From a virus (Duplodnaviria; Heunggongvirae; Uroviricota; Caudoviricetes), in the IMG/VR virus record IMGVR_UViG_2579778791_000016, positions 1 through 11,881 of that record: a stretch of DNA of 11,881 nt; one strand, written 5' to 3'. The position numbers and the translations under genes were made by a program. Positions 1-6,994 of the stretch are shown here, one piece after another; the stretch's first letter is position 1, and every line of letters starts with the position of its first letter. The notes under the pieces are model-generated. The model did no database searches and was not told the DNA's origin. It saw nothing but the letters and a program-made list of their open reading frames with translations.

Positions 1-199
1 CCTCATAGTCGTCTTCGCTATCGCCATCAGGCACATCGTTTTTACTTCTCCTCAGATACGATATGTAAAAATCGCGCCAGGCATCCAGATCCAGTTGCCC
101 TCGCTTATTCGATATCGGGGCACCCGGCAATTTCTGCAATCTGCGAAGCTGGCGATCGGTCAGACTTAAATGCCTGGCAACTTCAGTCTGCGTAGCCAC
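1..199 (-). CDS. Terminase small subunit (Nu1-like), N-terminal part only; the gene continues beyond the window start
   Basis: Minus-strand frame opens with GTG at 199..197 preceded by an AGGTGAGGA Shine-Dalgarno and an in-frame TGA. Translation (M)ATQTEVARHLSLTDRQLRRLQKLPGAPISNKRGQLDLDAWRDFYISYL has the winged-HTH pattern of lambda Nu1 (lambda: KKQLADIFGASIRTIQNWQEQGMP). The start lies about 185 nt from cosN, as in lambda. Not in the ORF track because it runs off the window. Confidence 0.5.
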   Translation of the reverse strand, partial: MATQTEVARHLSLTDRQLRRLQKLPGAPISNKRGQLDLDAWRDFYISYLRRSKNDVPDGDSEDDYE

Positions 200-246
200 T
201 CCTCACCTCGCAAAAACTCTCACCTCACAATCACAACAAAACCGGT

Positions 247-345
247 CATGTCCGGTTTACATGTCTGTTTTTTGTTCATGTCCGGTTCACAGAAGACCTG
301 TTTTTATATTTTTCATATAGTTAACTTGAAGAGAAACCGGACATG
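247..345. other. cosB-like terminase binding region: three copies of the 11-mer CATGTCCGGTT (247-257, 277-287 direct; 335-345 inverted) between cosN and the terminase small-subunit start
   Basis: Exact 11-nt repeat seen three times, two direct and one inverted. The position and arrangement mirror the lambda R-sites, but the sequence differs from lambda cosB. Confidence 0.5.
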
Positions 346-382
346 GATCCCGGAAAATTTTCATAAATAGCGAAAACCCGCG

Positions 383-394
383 AGGTCGCCGCCC
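383..394. other. cosN cohesive-end site (12-nt GGGCGGCGACCT on the minus strand)
   Basis: Minus strand reads GGGCGGCGACCTCGCGGGTTTTCGCTATTTATGAAAATTTTCCGG, matching the lambda left end as recalled for about 45 nt. The flanking 400-560 region also resembles the lambda right end (e.g. TTTACGTTAAGTTGA...ATCAATTAAT). Confidence 0.65.
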
Positions 395-905
395 CGTAGC
401 CTGCCGGATCGCCGGAAAGGACCCAATAAAATGATAATAATTATCATTTATATAAATACCATCACACATCCCACGTACACCATAAAACCACGACAAATAA
501 TCAATTTTGTCCAAGTCATGCATTAATTGATCTGTGTCAACTTAACGTAAAGACATCTTAAGACAATACAAATCAGCAGCACTGAACACGGAAAAACACA
601 ATGTCATCAAAAAATAAAGCTTCCCAAACCAGATGATTAATCAAATCCATATTGCCCTTGAACGTAAGGGATCGGGTAATTTTTCGGCATGGGTTATTGA
701 AGCCTGCAGGAGAAGGCTGGCAACAAATGCAAAGCACCTGCGCCCGGCCAGCATGAAAAATAACGAGAAATGAACGTTCGGTTACAGGAACCGGTAGCTA
801 CTGTCTTCTAACAATATTTCATCTTCATATCCGGCGAAACAAGACTTTACCCTGCAGGGATGTACTGAATAGCAACAGAGTGATAATTAACTTCTGATAA
901 AATAA

Positions 906-1232
906 TCAGGGTGCTGAAGGACTAAAGATAAATGTTTTCTTCACGCCTTTACGCGGCTTGTCCTTCTCAAATCGCCATTTTGCCATCGCCTTTACAACCT
1001 GCTCATCAAACAGATGGTGCGGCTCTGAACGGATAAACTCAATTCGGGTGACAGTACCATCAGCACCAATATCAAACTTCACATCAACCCGTCCCTTTAT
1101 ATAATTTGCCGCGGCATAGGCCGGATATTGTGGTAATGCCTTAACCAACTGTCGAGGCATATCTGTTTTATGTTGCGTACAGCCCATAACCAAAGAAGAC
1201 AACAAAATAATTAACGGAAGATTTCTTTTCAT
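906..1232 (-). CDS. Lipoprotein with a TonB C-terminal-like domain (accessory gene)
   Basis: ORF 906..1247. Probable start is the ATG at 1232 (MKRNLPLIILLSSLVMGC, a signal peptide with lipobox and Cys) preceded by GGGA. The C-terminal half YPAYAAANYIKGRVDVKFDIGADGTVTRIEFIRSEPHHLFDEQVVKAMAKWRFE fits the TonB_C pattern (YP..A...GxV.V.F.I...G.V..I.I..S.....FD..V..A...WRF). The alternative ATG at 1247 has no Shine-Dalgarno. Confidence 0.6.
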   Translation of the reverse strand: MKRNLPLIILLSSLVMGCTQHKTDMPRQLVKALPQYPAYAAANYIKGRVDVKFDIGADGTVTRIEFIRSEPHHLFDEQVVKAMAKWRFEKDKPRKGVKKTFIFSPSAP

Positions 1233-1252
1233 TTTTATTCCCGGCATAGATA

Positions 1253-1269
1253 AGAATAAGTCTTATTCT
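1253..1269. promoter_or_regulatory. Perfect 8-1-8 inverted repeat AGAATAAG-T-CTTATTCT in the 5' leader of the TonB-like gene; candidate operator
   Basis: Seen directly in the sequence, 21 nt upstream of the ATG at 1232. The AT-rich hexamer-like arms are loosely reminiscent of a Fur box but are not a match. Confidence 0.3.
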
Positions 1270-1907
1270 AACAATGCAGCCCTGTCGGTCATCAATCCTC
1301 TGCTTAATGGCAATGACAATTATCCGACTTAAATCACAAATCAGACACATGACATAACAGAGCTTGCGAGGTAACACATCGTCCGGTTTCTTCCACCATC
1401 GCACCGGACCAGCGACCATGAGGGGACAACGCCGCGCTCCGTTAACACGGTAAACCCCGGTGTGTATCGTTTTTGATTATCCCCGCACACTCGCGCAGAG
1501 GAGTCTCCCTCTCGGGCTGTGGTCTCTGTTGATGCGGGAATACGGCGACGATACAGTGCATAGTTATGTCAGGCTAAAATGCCTTTATCAAATCTGGGTA
1601 ACGCAATCTGCCATTGTTGGCTCCGGTTGTGGTGATGATGTCAAGCAAGCCCATCTTGACTATCTCAACTAGTCGATTCATGACATATGTCACATTTATA
1701 CCAACCAGATCATTGCGTTGAGTTTACAACTCAATAATTCTTGGTTGGACGTCAAGTTTTGACGGTATTCGGGTGGCAGTTGATAGCAATCTTGGAACCG
1801 TCCACCTAATAGCTGCTTGTGTGGCGTTTAAATTGTGGAGTGCTCGCAACAGAACTTTTCTTTCTTGTTTGCGAGCGATGTTTAGCAACTTTTAAGAGAG
1901 TTAAGTC

Positions 1908-2138
1908 ATGGAGTTTTTGAAAGAGCATCATTTGCCTTCAATAATTTTTGGAATTTTTTCCGCCATTTTTTGGATTATTTCATGTTTTGCATCTTCCAAA
2001 GAACACCCACCAAAAACGGAACAAGGCAGTTTCTCATCACTGGGTTGTTTTAAAGCCATTGAAATACAAAGTAAATGGAATAAACGGGCTGCTTTTTGCG
2101 CAGCGTTAGCTGTTCTTGCTCAAGTATTTAGCTTTTAG
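1908..2138 (+). CDS. Small membrane protein of unknown function (76 aa), opposite strand to the late operon
   Basis: ATG start with a weak GAGAG Shine-Dalgarno, hydrophobic segment LPSIIFGIFSAIFWIISCFA, and a strong intrinsic terminator immediately downstream. AT-rich. Occupies the position and orientation that bor has in lambda but is unrelated to Bor. Confidence 0.4.
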   Translation: MEFLKEHHLPSIIFGIFSAIFWIISCFASSKEHPPKTEQGSFSSLGCFKAIEIQSKWNKRAAFCAALAVLAQVFSF

Positions 2139-2155
2139 TTTCAAAAGTGTAAATC

Positions 2156-2192
2156 AGAACCACTCGTATAGCGGGTGGTTCTCTGTTTTATT
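2156..2192 (+). terminator. Intrinsic terminator (11-bp stem, 5-nt loop, then CTGTTTTATT); probably bidirectional, also ending the late lysis transcript
   Basis: AGAACCACTCG/TATAG/CGGGTGGTTCT hairpin with one G-U pair. The plus strand has a T-run after it; the minus strand has a partial U-run (UGAUUUACACUUUUG). Confidence 0.55.
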
Positions 2193-2254
2193 CGTGTTGC
2201 GACTAAAACTAACTAAAATCACGCATATGAAAGATAATGGGAAAATTATCGCTA

Positions 2255-2692
2255 TCATCGAAGGCATTGCGTCCTAATGTACTCCTGCAAGTAGTTAACC
2301 TGCGCGGTTATCCTGTCGATTCCACTTCGGAGACGGTAATAATTGAGTTCAGCATCTGCTGTAAGTCCTGGGGTTTCTCCATTGCCCATGCCGCTGGCTC
2401 CGGTCGTTGACTTTGCACAGGTGGCGGCGACTTGCAGGCGCTTACGCCCAGCAGAAACATCAGCACGGAGACTTTCGATAGTCGCATTAGCATCAGCAAG
2501 CTCCTTTGTGTATCTGGCGTCAAGTTCTGCTACATCACGTTGCCGCTTCTGCATATCAGCGATGATGGATGTGGCTTTATCGCGCTGCTCTTTGTAGGCG
2601 ATGGCGTTATCACGGTAATGATTAACAGCCCATGAAAGGCAGACGATGAGGCAGATGACCAGAACGTAGATAATCGCGGTTACTCTGCTCAT
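2255..2692 (-). CDS. Rz: Rz i-spanin (inner-membrane spanin subunit)
   Basis: Translation [31 protein letters not shown]...[11 protein letters not shown] is close to lambda Rz as recalled. The start ATG at 2692 overlaps the R stop (ATGA). The ORF-track start at 2704 is four codons upstream. Confidence 0.85.
   Translation of the reverse strand: MSRVTAIIYVLVICLIVCLSWAVNHYRDNAIAYKEQRDKATSIIADMQKRQRDVAELDARYTKELADANATIESLRADVSAGRKRLQVAATCAKSTTGASGMGNGETPGLTADAELNYYRLRSGIDRITAQVNYLQEYIRTQCLR
2308..2493 (-). CDS. Rz1: Rz1 o-spanin lipoprotein, embedded in the +1 frame of Rz
   Basis: [41 protein letters not shown]... has a lipobox plus a proline-rich stretch like lambda Rz1 (VVGCTSK...PPPPPAW). 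Lies wholly inside Rz in another frame. Start chosen at the ATG at 2493; ATGs at 2487 or 2523 are alternatives. Confidence 0.75.
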   Translation of the reverse strand: MLMRLSKVSVLMFLLGVSACKSPPPVQSQRPEPAAWAMEKPQDLQQMLNSIITVSEVESTG

Positions 2693-3186
2693 TGTTGCCC
2701 CCACAAACAGACTTCACGCTCAATCTCACGGCGAGTCATCAGCCCTTTCCATTGCTTACCGCCAGCGTATGTCCAGCGCCGTAGCTGATCACATGCGCCT
2801 TTGATATCGCCCTGGTTTATTTTGCGAAGAAGCGTCGATGTTCTGAAATTGCCAGCGCCCACGTTGTAAACGAACGAGTAAAGAGCGCCGCGCGTTGTTT
2901 CCGGTATATCGACGTTGATGTACGGGTTTATTTGTCTGGCGACCGTGGCAAGGTCTTTATTCAGGAGGGCTTTGCATTCTGCTTCGGTATACGTTTTACC
3001 GGGCATGATGTCTTTTCCGGTGTGTCCGTGACATACAGTCCATACGCCAACGATATCTTCGTATGGTATGTAGCTGACACCTTCCAGGCCATCGTCACCA
3101 CTCGGACCAGTGATGAGCACAGACGCTATGGCAACAGCCCCACCACCAATAGCAGCAGCAACAGCCTTGCGTAATGACGGCGACAT
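2689..3186 (-). CDS. R: SAR endolysin (phage-21-type lysozyme with N-terminal signal-anchor-release domain)
   Basis: [30 protein letters not shown]... has a Gly/Ala-rich SAR helix followed by a lysozyme domain, and is near-identical to phage 21 R as recalled. Start overlaps the S stop (TAATG). Confidence 0.9.
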   Translation of the reverse strand: MSPSLRKAVAAAIGGGAVAIASVLITGPSGDDGLEGVSYIPYEDIVGVWTVCHGHTGKDIMPGKTYTEAECKALLNKDLATVARQINPYINVDIPETTRGALYSFVYNVGAGNFRTSTLLRKINQGDIKGACDQLRRWTYAGGKQWKGLMTRREIEREVCLWGQQ

Positions 3187-3392
3187 TATTCACCTCTCGC
3201 AGCCTTACGCTTATCTTCTTTAATCTTGAAATAAAGGTTTGTCAGATACGTCAGCAGGCCAAACAGCAGACTCCCCAGCACACCTATTGCCACCCACTGG
3301 GACGGAGAGACTTTGTCCAGCAGCTGCAGTAACCAGTATCCCGTCCCCACCGCTGACGTGGTGTATGACACACCTGTTGTGATTTTTTCCAT
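3186..3392 (-). CDS. S: Pinholin (class II holin, S21-like)
   Basis: [68 protein letters not shown] has two transmembrane segments and a basic C-terminus, closely resembling S21-68. GGAG Shine-Dalgarno 10-14 nt upstream. No in-frame upstream start, so no dual-start antiholin is apparent. Confidence 0.85.
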   Translation of the reverse strand: MEKITTGVSYTTSAVGTGYWLLQLLDKVSPSQWVAIGVLGSLLFGLLTYLTNLYFKIKEDKRKAARGE

Positions 3393-3435
3393 CTGATGTA
3401 TGTCTCCGTCACCGCCGACAGAAAATGAAAGTAAA

Positions 3436-3473
3436 GAAAAACAAAAAAGCCGCCAGTGTCACCCACTGACGGC
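3436..3473 (-). terminator. Intrinsic terminator 44 nt upstream of the holin start codon
   Basis: Minus strand GCCGUCAGUG-GGUGA-CACUGGCGGC (10-bp stem with one U-G pair) followed by UUUUUUGUUUUUCUUU. Confidence 0.6.
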
Positions 3474-3648
3474 CAACGCCGGGAGCCGTGATTATGGCAT
3501 TCAGGCTCTGCTAAAAATGCCAGATAACATTCCGGCCAACCCCTGATTCAGGTTATAAATGACACAATATCTTGACAACATCCGTCACTGTCTGTCAGAA
3601 AATGTACTGCCAAGTATAAGTATCATGTGAAGTACATCTACCCGTTTT

Positions 3649-3684
3649 AGCCAGCGTCCTTCAGAGTGGGCGCTGGCTTTTTTT
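3649..3684 (+). terminator. Plus-strand-specific intrinsic terminator abutting the nanS-p stop codon, antisense to the late operon
   Basis: Plus strand AGCCAGCG-(12-nt loop)-CGCUGGCU followed by UUUUUUUAUUAU. On the minus strand the same hairpin is preceded by an A-run and followed by AAAACGGG, so it should not terminate late transcription. Confidence 0.5.
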
Positions 3685-3685
3685 A

Positions 3686-5536
3686 TTATGCTGCCGGTGC
3701 ATTTATCTCCAGCACCAGACTTTCTATCTCAACACCATACGCTGCATTTTTGGTAATATCCGTCAGCGTCAGCGCATTCAGCCCCAGTGTCAGACTGTCT
3801 TTTATGACCTGGAATGCCGGGCCAGCCACTCCATTCAGTTTCGGAGTAACCGTGGCACTGCCGGCGGTGAACACCAGCTCCAGCGTCTGCCAGTCGTTAC
3901 CGTAATCGCCGAACTCCCCCAGCTTCGTGTTTCCGGCTTTCCTGTGATGCATCAGATTCACTCTGCCGTCAGTGGTCTGAGTGAAGTGCGACATCAGGAA
4001 CGGATTACCGGTACCCGTCATCGCCACACCATCAGGAACGGGAGCGTCCGTATACAGATAAATCCCCAGCCCGAACTGATTGTTGGTCAGTGCGCCTGAG
4101 AGGCGGAACTTACAGGTCAGTCTGCCGCCCTGTGTCAGCAGGGTAATTGCGTCATCCACCGGATGCATCAGGGACCAGGTTTTATTGCTCTGCTTGGTGA
4201 TCTTAAATACACCATCTGACAACTGAATTCCGCCGTCCTTAATGGTCCAGCCCTGCGCAGCAGCATCTCCGGCTGTCGGCATCAGGGAGATTGTGCGTAT
4301 GGATGCATCTTCAGACGGCCCCGATGGCGTGTTGCCGCCGGGCGAGGGTTTGATTTCCGGTGCCTTACCACTGATGAAGGCTGAGGTGCGCCCGGCTGCG
4401 TTCAGAATAGCGGTTGCCAGACGATCCGGAATAATGCTCCTGCGCGCCCATGAACTGAAATGTGTCGGGCGGTTTGATGATACCTGGTTTCCATTCGTTC
4501 TCGATGCCGCACCGTAATATCCTGATGCCGGAATATCCGGATCTTCTGCCGGCGCGTTAGTGGCGGTATTGACGCCGTTACCGTCTGTCATGAAGGGCAC
4601 AAAATAAACGCCCTCACTCTCCCTGTTTTTATACCCGCCGTACACGGTGTCGTACTGGGTAGCGTATGTATTTTTCCAGTAATACGTCGTGTCACCACAA
4701 ACCCACGGCACATCTGCAGCACTGCCACCATGACACTGCGCGTTAAACACAGAGAGGTCAGCACGAAACTGCGTCAGCATGGCTGTAAACAGCGCAGGTT
4801 GCTGTGCGTAGGTGGCGGCGCTCATGTCAAACTCACCCTGCATCCAGCAGACGGCCAGCAGAACGTTTTTGGGATTTTTCTGCAATGCCGCTTTTGTGCG
4901 GGAAATCAGATCCTGATATAACGGCTTGCCCACCCCCCAGCGTGCCGAATCCTGACTGGCCCCCGTGGACTCGCTGAATGTCCCCTCCGCGCCCTGGGTA
5001 AATGCCGAACCACCACGACAGCATGGTACCAGCAGGATCCCCGCGTTATTCGGGATATACGGGAGCAGTTTTTTGGCAATATGTAAACCCTGACCGACAC
5101 AGCCGTACTGCCCTTTGCTCAGGTCAGCCCTCGGATGATTCAGCGTACTCATATCCTGCACATCATGCAGACAGTGGTCAGCCGGAATAATATCGTTATA
5201 TCTGCAGGCAGCCCCGCCCGGCGTCACTGTACTGCGGCGCGCCAGCTGTTTAATGCGCGGATCCGGAGCATCGTATGAATCCGGCAGCGGAAGCCCTTCA
5301 CCGTAAGCCATGGCATTGGACTGCCCGGCCAGTACGATGACGTAGTACCAATCCGGCTCAGATGAAGGGCCGACCTGTGCCTCTCCTTCAATAGCCACCG
5401 CCTGCATCAGTGTGTACGGCGTAATGGCAACCGGTCCGCCGTATGGCTGCCAGCCCTCTTTCAGTTTGTGTGTCAGCTTTTCCGCAAGGTCTGACGGCGA
5501 CGCCGCCCTGACAACATCGTAATGTTTAATCGACAT
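3686..5536 (-). CDS. nanS-p: Prophage sialate 9-O-acetylesterase (NanS-p / YjhS-like; N-terminal DUF1737-like region plus SGNH/SASA esterase domain)
   Basis: 616-aa ORF with ATG at 5536 and GGGAGA Shine-Dalgarno. Contains the SGNH block-I motif VIVLAGQSNAMAYGEG. Sits immediately upstream of the lysis cassette, as the nanS-p genes of Stx and related lambdoid prophages do. Confidence 0.75.
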   Translation of the reverse strand: MSIKHYDVVRAASPSDLAEKLTHKLKEGWQPYGGPVAITPYTLMQAVAIEGEAQVGPSSEPDWYYVIVLAGQSNAMAYGEGLPLPDSYDAPDPRIKQLARRSTVTPGGAACRYNDIIPADHCLHDVQDMSTLNHPRADLSKGQYGCVGQGLHIAKKLLPYIPNNAGILLVPCCRGGSAFTQGAEGTFSESTGASQDSARWGVGKPLYQDLISRTKAALQKNPKNVLLAVCWMQGEFDMSAATYAQQPALFTAMLTQFRADLSVFNAQCHGGSAADVPWVCGDTTYYWKNTYATQYDTVYGGYKNRESEGVYFVPFMTDGNGVNTATNAPAEDPDIPASGYYGAASRTNGNQVSSNRPTHFSSWARRSIIPDRLATAILNAAGRTSAFISGKAPEIKPSPGGNTPSGPSEDASIRTISLMPTAGDAAAQGWTIKDGGIQLSDGVFKITKQSNKTWSLMHPVDDAITLLTQGGRLTCKFRLSGALTNNQFGLGIYLYTDAPVPDGVAMTGTGNPFLMSHFTQTTDGRVNLMHHRKAGNTKLGEFGDYGNDWQTLELVFTAGSATVTPKLNGVAGPAFQVIKDSLTLGLNALTLTDITKNAAYGVEIESLVLEINAPAA

Positions 5537-5620
5537 CGAATTTCTCCCGTGTAGAGGAACAGAGTTAAAAAGCCGGAAGCGGAATCAAATCACAGGATGA
5601 CCATCTGCCAGTGGCAGGTC

Positions 5621-5649
5621 ATAAAAAAAAGGCTGCGCAATGCGCAGCC
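5621..5649 (-). terminator. Strong intrinsic terminator upstream of nanS-p; likely 3' end of the upstream cargo unit
   Basis: Minus strand GGCUGCGCA-UU-GCGCAGCC followed by UUUUUUUUAU. Confidence 0.65.
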
Positions 5650-6078
5650 AGAACTCACAAGGAAAATGATAAAAGGAATAACACTAGTGATGTACGCATG
5701 GCGCCTCCCGCTAAGTTCTGCAATGATCAAACAGAACTCGCTACGTGCCCTTAAAACTCGATCATTTAGCCCCTCCAAGGAGGATTCACCATGCGGTTGA
5801 TTTTTTAATAAACAGTAAACAAAAAAGTCAAGAATTATTCATTCTGTTCTTTCATCATCGGCCACAGCAATACCACAATGCCGCAGACCAGAGCGCCATC
5901 AGTCAGTACCAACATTATCCTGCTGGTGAAATCCATCATCACCATCACTAAAAGCAGGATCACAACAGCAAGCAGACACAGTTTATAAAACAATGTTCAG
6001 AAAACGCATTCAGCATGCCTAAGGTTCTATTCCTACGAATAGCCAACTTGCAACTTAAAATATTATTTATGCAGCCAA

Positions 6079-6795
6079 TTAAATTCTGGTCCTTACAATA
6101 TCAACCTGAAGATTCTTATCTTGTGCTGATTGATAAATGACAAACCTTTTACTACCTGCATTGAAAGAAGTAGACAAAACCAGACAATTATCATAACGAG
6201 CAAGAACATAATACCAACCATCATTATAATTAATCATTTCATATTCTTTCTTAAACTGTGGTTTGTAATATCCTGTCAGAAATGAAAAAAGCCAAAAATA
6301 TGCCACAAAAGCAATCATCACAATCTCAAAAAAATGTTTTTTTATAAATGGCTTATCATAGAAGCATGATACCGATAAAAATCGCCCATAAGATCTTATC
6401 GAAATTGTAACCGCCAGCGCAATCGCTGCTGACAGTAGCAAAAGAGGTACCTGAATCTTCTGTCTCAATATAGAAAACTCAATAATTGCCGGCACAAACA
6501 ATAATTCCACAGCAAAATAAAGGCGAAATACATTTAGCTCTTGCATAGAATGTTTTCTTTTCACTGCGAAAAAGAATACAACACCAATACCCCAACCGAT
6601 AAGAAATATAGCAATGACGATAACTGCAAAAAATAAACTTCTGGCAACATCATCAACACCTGCACCTACAATCCACCATGGGAAGCCGTAGTAAAAAGAA
6701 GTACCCCATCCATAGAAATAAGCACTCCCCCATCCAAGGCATCCCATGTAGGCAATAAAAAGTGAAGAACTCCTGAGCAGCGCACCATCCTTCAT
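6079..6795 (-). CDS. Uncharacterised polytopic membrane protein (about 5 predicted transmembrane helices plus a roughly 65-aa C-terminal soluble domain); AT-rich cargo gene
   Basis: Only long ORF in a markedly AT-rich block (track 6079..6837). Hydrophobic segments include LFIAYMGCLGWGSAYFYGW, LFFAVIVIAIFLIGWGIGVVFFFAV, FRLYFAVELLFVPAIIEF, LLLLSAAIALAVTISI and IVMIAFVAYFWLFSFLTGYY. Probable start is the ATG at 6795 (MKDGALL..., GGGGTGG upstream), because the first ATG at 6837 lies inside a promoter-like -10 element. No recognisable family. Confidence 0.6.
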   Translation of the reverse strand: MKDGALLRSSSLFIAYMGCLGWGSAYFYGWGTSFYYGFPWWIVGAGVDDVARSLFFAVIVIAIFLIGWGIGVVFFFAVKRKHSMQELNVFRLYFAVELLFVPAIIEFSILRQKIQVPLLLLSAAIALAVTISIRSYGRFLSVSCFYDKPFIKKHFFEIVMIAFVAYFWLFSFLTGYYKPQFKKEYEMINYNDGWYYVLARYDNCLVLSTSFNAGSKRFVIYQSAQDKNLQVDIVRTRI

Positions 6796-6832
6796 AACCA
6801 CCCCAATACAAGATGATAACATTGGCTTACAA

Positions 6833-6862
6833 CTCATAACAAAAGCAATTCAATGCCGTCAA
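6833..6862 (-). promoter_or_regulatory. Candidate sigma70 promoter of the membrane-protein cargo gene (TTGACG-N18-TATGAG)
   Basis: -35 TTGACG at 6862..6857, -10 TATGAG at 6838..6833, between the Q-proximal terminator and the gene. Judged by eye only. Confidence 0.3.
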
Positions 6863-6933
6863 GAGGTTACAGGCTAAAAAAACTCTATTACATAGCAGCC
6901 AGCATGTTTACCGTACAAGTACAACTCAGGGCA

Positions 6934-6961
6934 TAAAAAAAACCCACTCGGCAGCGGGTTT
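6934..6961 (-). terminator. Intrinsic terminator about 45 nt downstream of the Q stop codon (candidate tR')
   Basis: Minus strand AAACCCGCU-GCCG-AGUGGGUUU (G-U wobble in stem) followed by eight U. The plus strand also has a partial T-run after the hairpin. Confidence 0.65.
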
Positions 6962-6994
6962 ATACATTTTTTACAACATACCAAATTTGCATGA

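Noticed and set aside
432-446. Fur-box-like AT-rich dyad TGATAATAATTATCA
   Set aside because: The surrounding sequence matches the conserved lambda right-end region just upstream of cosN (lambda has GATGATAATCATTATCACTTTACGGGTCCTTTCCGG here, as recalled), so it is better explained as part of the packaging region than as an iron-regulatory operator.
170-523. ORFs 170..370 (+) and 287..523 (-)
   Set aside because: They span cosN, the cosB repeats and the lambda-like cos-flanking sequence, which is a non-coding packaging region.
1168-1672. ORFs 1168..1419 (-) and 1460..1672 (+)
   Set aside because: The first overlaps the TonB-like gene out of frame through its promoter region. The second has no ribosome-binding site or recognisable product and may be a degraded remnant.
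2343-5190. Plus-strand and out-of-frame ORFs inside the lysis genes and nanS-p (2343..2597, 2432..2635, 2932..3174, 3284..3466, 3666..3905, 4242..4517, 4730..4921, 4833..5024, 4906..5100, 5002..5190)
   Set aside because: They lie antisense to, or in alternative frames of, confidently identified genes, with no start context of their own. Rz1 (2308..2493) is the one embedded ORF kept.
5590-5951. Track ORFs 5590..5778 (-) and 5745..5951 (+)
   Set aside because: Both use non-ATG starts. The minus-strand one reads straight through the terminator hairpin and the plus-strand one ends in a His-run produced by A/C-rich sequence. Neither looks like a real gene.
5537-6078. tRNA genes and stx-like toxin genes expected between Q and nanS-p in Stx-type prophages
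   Set aside because: No T-loop (GTTCGAATCC-like) or cloverleaf-compatible sequence and no toxin-sized ORF are present in this interval or in 6838-7006. The interval holds only the small-ORF and terminator module.
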